The position numbers and the translations under genes were made by a program. From the NCBI GenBank assembly GCA_021731325.1, contig JAKFXP010000086.1, positions 1 through 29,252 of the forward strand: 29,252 nucleotides of DNA. Direction: 5' to 3'. Positions 9,793 to 18,362 of this stretch are shown here, in pieces. The stretch's first letter is position 1. Each line of letters starts with the position of its first letter. Source of the stretch: Parcubacteria group bacterium (lineage in GTDB: Bacteria; Patescibacteriota; Minisyncoccia; Phycocordibacterales; UBA12088). The notes below the pieces were generated by a model, which searched no databases, had not been told where the DNA came from, and saw nothing but the letters and a program-made list of their open reading frames with translations.

Positions 9793-11206
9793 CGTATCAA
9801 TTACGACGACATTGCCGTATGTGAACGCAGACCCGCATATCGGCTTTGCGCTTGAGATTGTGCAGGCAGATATTGTGGCGCGGTACCATCGGTTGAGGGG
9901 AGATGCGGTGTTTTTCAATACGGGTACTGATGAGCATGGGGTCAAGATTTACCGCAAAGCGCACGAGGCGGACAAAGACGTGCAAGCATACGTCGATGAG
10001 TATGCGGCTCGATTTGGACTCCTCAAAGACCAACTCAACCTGTCATATGATGCATTTATACGGACTACGAATCCCAATCATATGTTGGCGGCGCAGGAGT
10101 TTTGGCGACGCTGCCTTGCCACGGGAGACATTTACAAAAAAGAGTACAAGGTCAAGTACTGTGTTGGGTGTGAGCTCGAAAAAACCGATAGTGAGCTTGA
10201 GGACAGTCTGTGTCCCGTGCACCCCAATCTAGTAATAGAGCTCATCGAAGAAGAAAACTATTTTTTCCGGTTTTCGGCATATCAGCATAAGTTGCTCAAC
10301 CTCTACGCTACTCGTCCCGATTTTGTGATACCCAGCACCCGTCTCAATGAGATACGGGCGTTTGTCGAACGTGGATTGGAGGATTTCAGTATCTCACGAG
10401 TTAAAGAAAAGATGCCGTGGGGAGTACCGGTACCTAACGACGATACTCAAGTGATGTATGTATGGTTTGATGCCTTAGTGAATTATCTTTCCACACTCGG
10501 TTGGCCCGGTGAGAAATACGCACACTGGTGGCCATCAATCCAGTTTGCTGGCAAAGACAACTTACGCCAGCAGAGTGCGATGTGGCAAGCCATGCTCATG
10601 TCGGCGGGTATCGAGCCAAGTCGCCAAATCATGATCCATGGGTTCATCAATTCCGGTGGACAGAAGATGAGTAAGTCACTGGGTAATGTCATCTATCCGG
10701 GTACAGTCGTAGACGAATATGGTACCGATAGCCTACGATATTTTCTTGCGCGGCACGTGCACCCGTTTGAGGACTCCGATGTGACCCCTGAACGTATTCT
10801 TGAGGCGTACAATGCTAATCTGGCAAATGGTATTGGCAATCTGACTGCACGAGTGATGCGTATGGCGACCACGCACCTTACGAGTCCGGTCGTACTTACT
10901 GAGGACGACCAACGGTTTGAAGGTGCGGTCGGGGTACTGATCGAACAGTCTGAGTTCAATCGCGCGATGGATCTTATTTTCGAACATGTGGGGAAGGGGG
11001 ATGCGTACATCCAAGAAAACCAACCGTTTAAGGCAGTCAAAGACCCAACAACGCACGACCAGGCGCTCGCCGATATCGAGCTGTTGGTCCATCACATCTA
11101 CAAACTGGCAGTGCATCTCGAACCGTTTATGCCGGAAACCTCACACAAAATAAAGACCGCTGTCGAACGCCACGAAATGCCCGACGCGATGTTCCCAAGG
11201 AAGTAG
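9779..11206 (+). CDS. metG: Methionine--tRNA ligase (short form, no C-terminal tRNA-binding domain)
   Basis: ITTTLPYVNADPHIGFA (HIGH-like), TGTDEHGVKI, YCVGCE..CPVH knuckle, YVWFDAL, KMSKSLGN. Start is ATG 9779 or 9782, overlapping the upstream stop. Confidence 0.96.
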   Translation: MMKNNVSITTTLPYVNADPHIGFALEIVQADIVARYHRLRGDAVFFNTGTDEHGVKIYRKAHEADKDVQAYVDEYAARFGLLKDQLNLSYDAFIRTTNPNHMLAAQEFWRRCLATGDIYKKEYKVKYCVGCELEKTDSELEDSLCPVHPNLVIELIEEENYFFRFSAYQHKLLNLYATRPDFVIPSTRLNEIRAFVERGLEDFSISRVKEKMPWGVPVPNDDTQVMYVWFDALVNYLSTLGWPGEKYAHWWPSIQFAGKDNLRQQSAMWQAMLMSAGIEPSRQIMIHGFINSGGQKMSKSLGNVIYPGTVVDEYGTDSLRYFLARHVHPFEDSDVTPERILEAYNANLANGIGNLTARVMRMATTHLTSPVVLTEDDQRFEGAVGVLIEQSEFNRAMDLIFEHVGKGDAYIQENQPFKAVKDPTTHDQALADIELLVHHIYKLAVHLEPFMPETSHKIKTAVERHEMPDAMFPRK

Positions 11207-11213
11207 CGTGGTC

Positions 11214-11252
11214 AAAAAAACTCCCTGCACCACAATTAAGGGTGCAGGGAGT
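11214..11252 (-). terminator. Intrinsic terminator for the minus-strand orphan gene
   Basis: ACTCCCTGCACC / GGTGCAGGGAGT stem. The A run at 11214-11220 gives a U tail on the minus strand, just after the stop at 11256. Confidence 0.7.
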
Positions 11253-11255
11253 GGG

Positions 11256-12233
11256 TTACCATTGTCTGCCAGATTCCAAAAGGAGGAGGGCAAGTGATCG
11301 TAATGCATCAATAAGGTAGGGAGGGGGCTCACAAAAAAGCATATATAGATCTTGTGAGAGTGGCTGCAAGTGTGCGCGCGCAAGTACTTTTTTGTGGCGG
11401 AGCGCCACCTGTTCTTTTGCGACGACCGTTCGTGCACCGATATACCGCTGTACCAGTTCCTGGTGTGTCCGTACCCGGTTGAGGGTGTGGAGTACGAGGT
11501 GGTGGTCGTGTGCGGTATTGATGAGTTCACGAGTGGAGTCAGTCCATGCGACCTGCAACAGCTCCTCAAAATCAGCTTCCGTTTGCGCCAGATCTATCTT
11601 TGGGAGGATGTACTGGGCATCAAATTGCGCACCAATCTTTTGAATTGTTTCTTTGCTCTGTGCTCTGCGTATCAGTCTGCGATACTCCTCAACCTGACGG
11701 CAACACCATAGTTTTGGTGTAACATGATGTTCGTCATACAGAAGCGCCATTTGATCACGTCCCCAGGTTCCAAGTGTTTCGATACCATAGAGGCATGCAA
11801 GATCCTTTTCTTTGACGCATATACGGGCTTGTGGATACACAAAGAGCGTATAATGGTGCACAGCAACCGCCTGCTTCGCATCTTCCGTGTAGGCGATATT
11901 ATACAACACCTTGAGTTCACGCTTCGTGCGGTGAGGAGTGAGGAGTGCATGCACCTGATAGGTGTCGTGATGAGACATCACACACTGCTTTGTTTCGTTG
12001 GTGTGCGATAACTCAAGGAGTGTTCTGTATTCGGTGCGCCCGAGTCCCGGGATGAGTCGTGGCAGTATATGCACCGCATCGTATTGTTTTTTGATACGGG
12101 TGAGTGCCATCGGGTCTTCTTGCGCCAGAATCATTCGTCGTAACAATCCCTGCTCGGTACGTTCAGACTCAAGCGCATGCAGTGGATCGCGATACCGATG
12201 TAATAATGTGAGCATGTCAGGTGGAGTGCCCAT
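11256..12233 (-). CDS. Orphan protein composed of ~38-aa tandem (probably helical) repeats
   Basis: 325-aa ORF with GAGGGGG upstream and its own terminator; aa 46-127 align without gaps to aa 199-280 (27/82 identical by manual count). Confidence 0.75.
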   Translation of the reverse strand: MGTPPDMLTLLHRYRDPLHALESERTEQGLLRRMILAQEDPMALTRIKKQYDAVHILPRLIPGLGRTEYRTLLELSHTNETKQCVMSHHDTYQVHALLTPHRTKRELKVLYNIAYTEDAKQAVAVHHYTLFVYPQARICVKEKDLACLYGIETLGTWGRDQMALLYDEHHVTPKLWCCRQVEEYRRLIRRAQSKETIQKIGAQFDAQYILPKIDLAQTEADFEELLQVAWTDSTRELINTAHDHHLVLHTLNRVRTHQELVQRYIGARTVVAKEQVALRHKKVLARAHLQPLSQDLYMLFCEPPPYLIDALRSLALLLLESGRQW

Positions 12234-12323
12234 CGCATAATACCCCCTCTAGGTTAGATTGATGATGGAGAGAACAAAAACTGTCTGCATAATGCATTAT
12301 TAATCAATATATGTCAATAAAAG

Positions 12324-12352
12324 TTGCATGGGTAAAGGTATCATCGTACACT
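12324..12352 (+). promoter_or_regulatory. Sigma70-type promoter of tatD, leaderless geometry
   Basis: TTGCAT-N17-TACACT, then 8 nt to ATG 12361. Confidence 0.6.
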
Positions 12353-12360
12353 TACGCTCA

Positions 12361-13182
12361 ATGTATATTGATATTCACACCCATCTCAATCTTAGGGCGT
12401 TTGACGAAGATGTTGATATGGTCATTACGCGGTCACTTGATGCAGGGGTGCGTATGATTAACGTCGGTACCCAAGTTGAGACCTCGCGACGTGCAGGTAT
12501 CCTTGCTGACCAGTATGAGGCGGGTGTATATGCAACAGTGGGACTACATCCCACCCACACGAGTAGTGGTTTTCATGATGCACAAGAAACACACGGTGAG
12601 CACGATACCGACCCGGGAGAGGTATTCAACTACTCAGTCTACAAAGAACTTGCACTTCACCCAAAAGTAGTAGCAATTGGCGAATGTGGGCTTGATTATT
12701 ATCGCGATCCGAGTGACGAGGACATACAAAAGCAGATTGAAGTATTTGAGCAACATATTGCACTCGCCAATGAGGTGGGGAAGCCGCTCATGTTACATAT
12801 CCGGAGTGGAAAAAAGGGGAATGCGTACCAGGATGCGTGTTCGATTCTCAAACAACAAGCTCGGGTGCTTGGAGACAGTCATTTTTTTGCCGGTTCGGTA
12901 GAAGATGCACAGCGGTTTTGGGATATGGGATATTCAACTTCCTTTACAGGAGTGCTTACCTTTACCCACGACTATGACGCCGTGGTACAGGCGGCACCCA
13001 AAGTATTGATACATGCGGAGACTGATGCGCCATACGCCACCCCAAAACCGTATCGAGGTACGCGCAACGAACCACTGCATGTGCGCGAAGTGGTCAAAAA
13101 AATGGCAGAATTACGAGGTGTTTCGATAGAGGAGTGGCAAGCACAATTGGTGGAAAATGCCCACACCCTCTTTGGAGTATAA
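12361..13182 (+). CDS. tatD: TatD family hydrolase/nuclease
   Basis: YIDIHTHL, VGLHP, AIGECGLDYY, LMLHIR, ETDAPY, RNEP motifs. Confidence 0.95.
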   Translation: MYIDIHTHLNLRAFDEDVDMVITRSLDAGVRMINVGTQVETSRRAGILADQYEAGVYATVGLHPTHTSSGFHDAQETHGEHDTDPGEVFNYSVYKELALHPKVVAIGECGLDYYRDPSDEDIQKQIEVFEQHIALANEVGKPLMLHIRSGKKGNAYQDACSILKQQARVLGDSHFFAGSVEDAQRFWDMGYSTSFTGVLTFTHDYDAVVQAAPKVLIHAETDAPYATPKPYRGTRNEPLHVREVVKKMAELRGVSIEEWQAQLVENAHTLFGV

Positions 13183-13216
13183 AAAAGCCCCCACACATCC
13201 TTGTGTGGGGGGGTTT
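13181..13216. terminator. Bidirectional terminator between convergent tatD and the aspartokinase-like gene
   Basis: AAAAAAGCCCCCACACA-TCCT-TGTGTGGGGGGGTTT. Confidence 0.7.
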
Positions 13217-13276
13217 ACCAGGAGCTATATTCACCGGTTCAAAGGGTGCATCCTCACTAACCTAGGGGATAGTGTA

Positions 13277-14680
13277 TCACAAAGCAATACCTGATGCAAA
13301 ACATGATTCGTATATACCTCGTACTCCCACTACTCCAATCCCAGCATCAATCACAATCGCAATTTTATGCTCGTCACCGGTGCTTGCAAGTGCTTTGATG
13401 TTAATTGAGCGCTCAGCAAGGGCGGCAAGTATGGCGGCGGCGGTTCCCGGCTTTCTCGCCATACCGTTTCCTACGACGCAGATAACGTCACAGGGTTCAT
13501 ATATCACTTGCGCATGGGGCCACAGTCTTTTGAAGACCCCCGCAATAAGGTTGGTTACATCAGAGGTCTTATAGACAAAGCTCATGTTGGTCATGGTGCT
13601 ACTCGTATACGGGAGACTAATTTTCATCTCCGCAAACAGAGCACAGGCTTTTTCAAGCTCTCCGTAGGGGGCAAATGTACGAGAGGTGATACACAAGAGC
13701 GTATATTCTGACTCGTACCCAATACCAGTGAGGGTAGCCAAGCGCTCATCAGGGTGACTGGTGTCCATATGAGTGACGAGCGTGCCTTCAGTGGAGGCAC
13801 TATCAAACGAACGAATCCGAATGCTAATCCCATATGTTTGCATCACCGAGAGGGCTTTGGGATGCAATTCTTCCTGAAGATCGGTACGATTGAGCTCCAT
13901 AAGCTCATTCAGGCTCACAACAGGAATGATATGGGTATCGGGAACCACGAGCGGATCAACCACCGCAATACCTCGCAATGTTGAGAGGTTTTCGATGTGA
14001 TGTTTCTCAAAAAGTGCAGCGATTGCAATTGCGGTGATATTTGTTCCATCTCGCGCAAGAAGAGTAATAGCACCCTGTTCGTCTCCGCTATAGTACCCCG
14101 GCACGATAAATCGCTTGAGTCCGGTCGTACGGTATTCGGTCGTGCGCAAAATCTTTTTGCTGGCAGGAATATCAATACCGTACGAACCATCGCTCCGCAA
14201 AAACCGTTCAGGCTCGAGTACGGGGTACTCAAGACCACGCTCTTTGAGCATGCTAGAGATAAGTAATGCAACACAATATTCGCCACAACTGACATACGGA
14301 TCTATGTACTGCGCACCACTTTGAGACACCCCCCACGCAAAACGTGAGGCAAACTCTTCAATGAGGGCTGTTCGTATTGAGTCATCAACAATCAGTGTGG
14401 AGGCAAAGGCGTTGAGTCGCACGAGTGGCATCTGCACAATGGTACCCTGGTAGGGTACTTCATGGTCAGGGGTACCTTTGATGGTATTATGGGAAAGCGC
14501 AATCAACAAATCAGTCATATTTGGCTCAGTCAGGCTTGCGCCAAGCGCAGCGACGACGAGTATAGGGTACTGATCTCTCACGATAGTATTGACAACGCAA
14601 AGAAGGTCTTCTGGAGTACTGAGTACTCGCCGACCTATCCGAAGTACGGTAGTGGTGTAATCGGTAGTGGTGCTGTGCAT
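13277..14680 (-). CDS. Aspartokinase-like protein (AA_kinase + ACT domains) with degenerate catalytic motifs
   Basis: Co-linear with aspartokinase III/YclM-type proteins: TDLLIAL, SCGE, FIVPGYY, LHPKAL, GISIRIRS..EGTLV, and C-terminal ACT ICVVGNGMARKPGTAAAILAALAERSINI. GGAGA upstream of the ATG. Confidence 0.8.
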   Translation of the reverse strand: MHSTTTDYTTTVLRIGRRVLSTPEDLLCVVNTIVRDQYPILVVAALGASLTEPNMTDLLIALSHNTIKGTPDHEVPYQGTIVQMPLVRLNAFASTLIVDDSIRTALIEEFASRFAWGVSQSGAQYIDPYVSCGEYCVALLISSMLKERGLEYPVLEPERFLRSDGSYGIDIPASKKILRTTEYRTTGLKRFIVPGYYSGDEQGAITLLARDGTNITAIAIAALFEKHHIENLSTLRGIAVVDPLVVPDTHIIPVVSLNELMELNRTDLQEELHPKALSVMQTYGISIRIRSFDSASTEGTLVTHMDTSHPDERLATLTGIGYESEYTLLCITSRTFAPYGELEKACALFAEMKISLPYTSSTMTNMSFVYKTSDVTNLIAGVFKRLWPHAQVIYEPCDVICVVGNGMARKPGTAAAILAALAERSINIKALASTGDEHKIAIVIDAGIGVVGVRGIYESCFASGIAL

Positions 14681-14758
14681 GGGTGTTCTCCGGTGAGGTG
14701 TGTGTATGGAAAAGAACGTATTAGTGTCCGAGAACCACTCTACCCGGCTTCAGAGCAC

Positions 14759-14787
14759 TTGTCGAGTCCGGCCGGCTATGGTATGGT
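14759..14787 (+). promoter_or_regulatory. Putative promoter of rpsF-ssb-rpsR
   Basis: TTGTCG-N17-TATGGT with TG extension, about 37 nt before the rpsF ATG. Confidence 0.5.
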
Positions 14788-14823
14788 GTGGCGACATTAC
14801 TAATGTAAATAAGCCAAACGTTC

Positions 14824-15348
14824 ATGGAAGAAACAACAGTACACGAAGACAAGCATATCGATCTCGTGACCTACGAGCTCGGATACCACCTTGTACCATC
14901 GCTGGGCGAAGACGCCCTTGCGCTTCGTGTCACAGAGCTCACGACCGCAATCGCTGACCTTGGAGGGAAGGTGATTGGATCTGGTGACCCCGAGTCATTG
15001 GTACTTGCGTATACGATTAGCAAAATGCGCGCCGGTAAGTGGGATGCCTATGACACGTCGTTTTTTGGATGGGTACGGTTTACCGCACCTGCCGAAGAAA
15101 TGGCAAATCTCAAAGACACTCTCGATCACACAGAAGTAGTGATTCGGTACTTTATCATGAAGGTGCCAAAGGAGGCACTTCTCGTAACCACACCACCCAT
15201 TCGACGTAGTAGTCCGGTGGCGCCTGTGCAGGAGAGTGGGGAAGTAGCCGTAGCGCCAAAAGTCCTAGAAAAGCGCGAAGATGGTGAGATTAAGACAGAG
15301 GTTTCTGAAGAAGAGCTTGATAAACAGATAGAACAACTGATAAGCTAG
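14824..15348 (+). CDS. rpsF: 30S ribosomal protein S6 with long charged C-terminal extension
   Basis: YELGYHLVP..LAYTISK..SFFGWVRF..VIRYFIMK; conserved rpsF-ssb-rpsR order. Confidence 0.9.
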   Translation: MEETTVHEDKHIDLVTYELGYHLVPSLGEDALALRVTELTTAIADLGGKVIGSGDPESLVLAYTISKMRAGKWDAYDTSFFGWVRFTAPAEEMANLKDTLDHTEVVIRYFIMKVPKEALLVTTPPIRRSSPVAPVQESGEVAVAPKVLEKREDGEIKTEVSEEELDKQIEQLIS

Positions 15349-15407
15349 AGATACGAACGTATTGCACGGGGCAGTGCGTCCAACCACTATCAATTATCCT
15401 CATCAGT

Positions 15408-15866
15408 ATGTACCTCAACAAAGTCTATATTCTCGGGAATCTCACCCGTGACCCCGAGCTCAAGTCACTCCCTTCAGGTATTCAGGTTGCAAGCTTTGGC
15501 ATGGCAACAAACCGGGTGTATAAGGATAAAGAGGGTAATAAACAAGAGCAGACTGAGTTCCACAACGTGGTGGCATTTGGTCGGCAGGGAGAGCTCTGTG
15601 CACAGTATTTGAGAAAAGGGTCGTCAGCGCTCATTGACGGGAGGATTCAGACTCGTTCATGGGAGCAGAACGGCGAAAAGAAATACCGCACCGAGATAGT
15701 TGCCGACAATGTGCAGTTTGGAGATCGTAAGCAGGGAGACGGTAGTGGTTCATACCAACACAATACCCCCAGCACTTCACCTGCGGCACAAGCAGCCCCA
15801 GCCGCTAAACACGAGGCTATCGAGTACCCTGAAGAAGAAATCAATCCGGATGATATTCCATTCTAA
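15408..15866 (+). CDS. ssb: Single-stranded DNA-binding protein
   Basis: MYLNKVYILGNLTRDPEL, DGRIQTRSW, C-terminal DDIPF. Confidence 0.98.
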   Translation: MYLNKVYILGNLTRDPELKSLPSGIQVASFGMATNRVYKDKEGNKQEQTEFHNVVAFGRQGELCAQYLRKGSSALIDGRIQTRSWEQNGEKKYRTEIVADNVQFGDRKQGDGSGSYQHNTPSTSPAAQAAPAAKHEAIEYPEEEINPDDIPF

Positions 15867-15888
15867 CACTACCAGTATTTAACTTAGC

Positions 15889-16104
15889 ATGTATCATATG
15901 AACGAACGTAAGAAAGACACCGAGCTTCCGCATGTGCGCTACTTTGACTATAAGGATGTTGAGACACTCAAAAAGTTCATCAACCCCCATGGTCGTATCG
16001 TTGGGCGCAAGCATACCAAGTTGCCGGCGCGCGAACAGCGTGAATTAGCTCGAGCAGTCAAAAATGCTCGCTATATGGCCCTTCTCCAATACGTCGTTGC
16101 CTAA
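15889..16104 (+). CDS. rpsR: 30S ribosomal protein S18 (Cys-free, non-zinc form)
   Basis: FDYKDVETLKKFI..GRIVGRK.T...QRELARAVKNARYMALL. Confidence 0.93.
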   Translation: MYHMNERKKDTELPHVRYFDYKDVETLKKFINPHGRIVGRKHTKLPAREQRELARAVKNARYMALLQYVVA

Positions 16105-16123
16105 CGGTGTAGCGGTATACCGT

Positions 16124-16154
16124 AAAAAACGCCAGTCAAAGACTGGCGTTTTTT
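16124..16154. terminator. Bidirectional intrinsic terminator
   Basis: AAAAAACGCCAGTC-AAA-GACTGGCGTTTTTT between convergent genes. Confidence 0.85.
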
Positions 16155-16177
16155 ATAGTATATATGGTGGTAGTGAC

Positions 16178-16429
16178 TCAGCACGGCACCCCCATTTTTT
16201 GATCCCAGACAATATCAATGAGCTCACCGAGCGTGCGTGGCAGTCGATCACTTTTTCTCCAGGTGAGTGTTGAGTGTACGGTATGCTGTGCATGCTGCAC
16301 CAATTCGTCAACGGTGCGTCTATCAGGACAAATAGTGCTCAGCATGGTTTCTCTCGTCACCATGCTCCGGTGGGTACCAAGTGCGCTGCATGCATCAAGG
16401 AGTGCGGTTTCTACGTCTTGTTTGGTCAT
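16178..16429 (-). CDS. Small orphan protein resembling an acyl carrier protein but lacking the modified Ser
   Basis: 83 aa; ALG..V..ET.L...DRRTVDELV..TLGELIDIV parallels the ACP pattern LG..V...DSLDTVELV..TV...IDYI. GAGGGG upstream; terminator downstream. Confidence 0.55.
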   Translation of the reverse strand: MTKQDVETALLDACSALGTHRSMVTRETMLSTICPDRRTVDELVQHAQHTVHSTLTWRKSDRLPRTLGELIDIVWDQKMGVPC

Positions 16430-16527
16430 TGGAATCCCCTCTAATCTGATTTACGACAATACTGCTCCATATTCGAGTGTACAGGGAGGTAAGAAGAGAG
16501 TCAAATGCCACACGAGTAGCGTGCGGA

Positions 16528-17097
16528 CTATGCCTTTTCGATACGTCCTACGTAATCACCGGTTTCGGTGTTAATTTCGATGACATCACCTTGGTTTACA
16601 AAAAGAGGGGTGGTAATGGTAGCCCCGGTTTCTACCACCACAGTTTTGGTAGCATTTTGCGCCGTGTTTCCTTTGACGGCAGGTACCGCATCGGTGACGA
16701 GCAGCTGCACCTTCACGGGTATTTCGATACCAATCACTTCTTCGTCGAATACGAGTGCCTCGTATTCACCTTTTTGTTTCAGAAATTTGACTCCCGATCC
16801 GATTAAGTCTTCCGCAAGGGTAAATCGCTTGCTCGGATCACTTTTTTTGTGGAACCACAACCCCTCTTTATTGCTATAGATATATACCACGGTTTCTTTT
16901 TCGAGTTGCGCCTCATCGGCATTTTCATTCTGGTGAAATGAATATTCGATCATTTTACCCGTCTTGAGTCCTTTGAGTTTTGTTTGATTGACTGGTTTGC
17001 GCATCTGCATACGGAATACATGATGCGAGAGCACCTTACAGGGCTCGTTGTTGTACACAATGACCTTTCCGGTCGTAATTTCACTATAACTTAACAT
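16528..17097 (-). CDS. efp: Translation elongation factor P
   Basis: TKLKGLKTG, VKGNTAQNATK, VETGATITTPLFVNQGDVIEINTETGDYVGR. Confidence 0.96.
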   Translation of the reverse strand: MLSYSEITTGKVIVYNNEPCKVLSHHVFRMQMRKPVNQTKLKGLKTGKMIEYSFHQNENADEAQLEKETVVYIYSNKEGLWFHKKSDPSKRFTLAEDLIGSGVKFLKQKGEYEALVFDEEVIGIEIPVKVQLLVTDAVPAVKGNTAQNATKTVVVETGATITTPLFVNQGDVIEINTETGDYVGRIEKA

Positions 17098-17200
17098 ACA
17101 GGCATTTTATTACAGATAGTCGTTCGCATTCTACACAAGACAGTGTATGGTGTCCATACACATACCAAGAAAGAGTGTCGTTTCAGAGCCACGCTACAGG

Positions 17201-18301
17201 TTATTGATCCTTGAGTTTCCCGCGTATTTCGGACAGAAGCTTTTTAGACATGGGTTTGTTTTCGCGGAGGAAGGTGCGCGACGCGTCGTAGCCACGCCCC
17301 AGTTTTTCCTCACCGTACGAGTACGAAGCACCTGATTTTTGTACCAAGCCATATTTTTCACCGAGAGCAAGAAGCTCCCCTTCGTGAGACACTCCTTCGT
17401 TATAGAGGAGGTCAAATTCGGTAGTCCGGAATGGTGGAGCGACTTTGTTTTTTACCACTTTGACGCGATGTCGTCCTCCCACCACCTCCTCACCCTTTTT
17501 GATTTGAGCGATACGTCGTATATCGAGACGTACCGAGGTGTAGAATTTGAGTGCTTTCCCTCCGGGGGTTGTTTCGGGATTGCCAAACATCACGCCAATT
17601 TGCATACGTATTTGGTTGATGAACATAACCACCGTTTTTGACCGCGCGGTAATTGCGGTGAGTTTACGCAACGCCTGACTCATGAGCCGCGCTTGTTTGC
17701 CCACATGCTGTTGGCCCATATCACCTTCGATTTCATCTCGTGGAGTGAGAGCGGCAACCGAGTCAATGACGATAATATCAATTTTTCCCGAGCGCACTAA
17801 CGATTCGACAATTTCTAGAGCTTGCTCACCATTATCAGGCTGACTTACTAGGAGTTCATCAATTTTTACCCCAATTCTACGTGCGTATTCAGGATCAAGA
17901 GCATGTTCTGCATCAATAAAAGCGCAGATACCCCCGTTTTTTTGGGCTTCGGCGACTGCATGAAGTGAAAGTGTTGTCTTACCCGATGATTCAGGTCCAA
18001 ATATCTCAATAATTCTGCCACGAGGGTAGCCGCCGATACCGAGCGCCCAATCAAGTCCGAGTGAGCCAGAGGGAATAGCATCTACATTTGTTTTTGGCTG
18101 CTGACCAAGCATCATAATCGCCTCTTCACCAAACTTGGTCTTGATAGCGCGAAGCGTCGCGTCAATCTCTGTCTTACTCTCTCCCTTACCCGCTTTTGCG
18201 GATACGGGGGTAGATTTTGCGGGGGAGATACCATCCTCCCGATCCATCTTCTCTTCTTCGGTTTCAACAGGGTTGCGTCCTTTTGGTGTTTTCTTTGCCA
18301 T
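17201..18301 (-). CDS. recA: Recombinase A
   Basis: [60 protein letters not shown]. Confidence 0.99.
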   Translation of the reverse strand: MAKKTPKGRNPVETEEEKMDREDGISPAKSTPVSAKAGKGESKTEIDATLRAIKTKFGEEAIMMLGQQPKTNVDAIPSGSLGLDWALGIGGYPRGRIIEIFGPESSGKTTLSLHAVAEAQKNGGICAFIDAEHALDPEYARRIGVKIDELLVSQPDNGEQALEIVESLVRSGKIDIIVIDSVAALTPRDEIEGDMGQQHVGKQARLMSQALRKLTAITARSKTVVMFINQIRMQIGVMFGNPETTPGGKALKFYTSVRLDIRRIAQIKKGEEVVGGRHRVKVVKNKVAPPFRTTEFDLLYNEGVSHEGELLALGEKYGLVQKSGASYSYGEEKLGRGYDASRTFLRENKPMSKKLLSEIRGKLKDQ

Positions 18302-18362
18302 AAATACGGTATTAATGTTTCTAAAGTAAGGTGTATACGGGAACTATGTCCTCGTATACGTA

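Noticed and set aside
14788-14823. Possible S6:S18 leader RNA
   Set aside because: Only a small ACATTA/TAATGT hairpin; the CCG-containing consensus could not be identified.
18341-18352. LexA/Cheo box upstream of recA
   Set aside because: GAAC-N4-GTTC is not met (minus strand reads GGAC-N3-GTTC); kept only as an unexplained palindrome.
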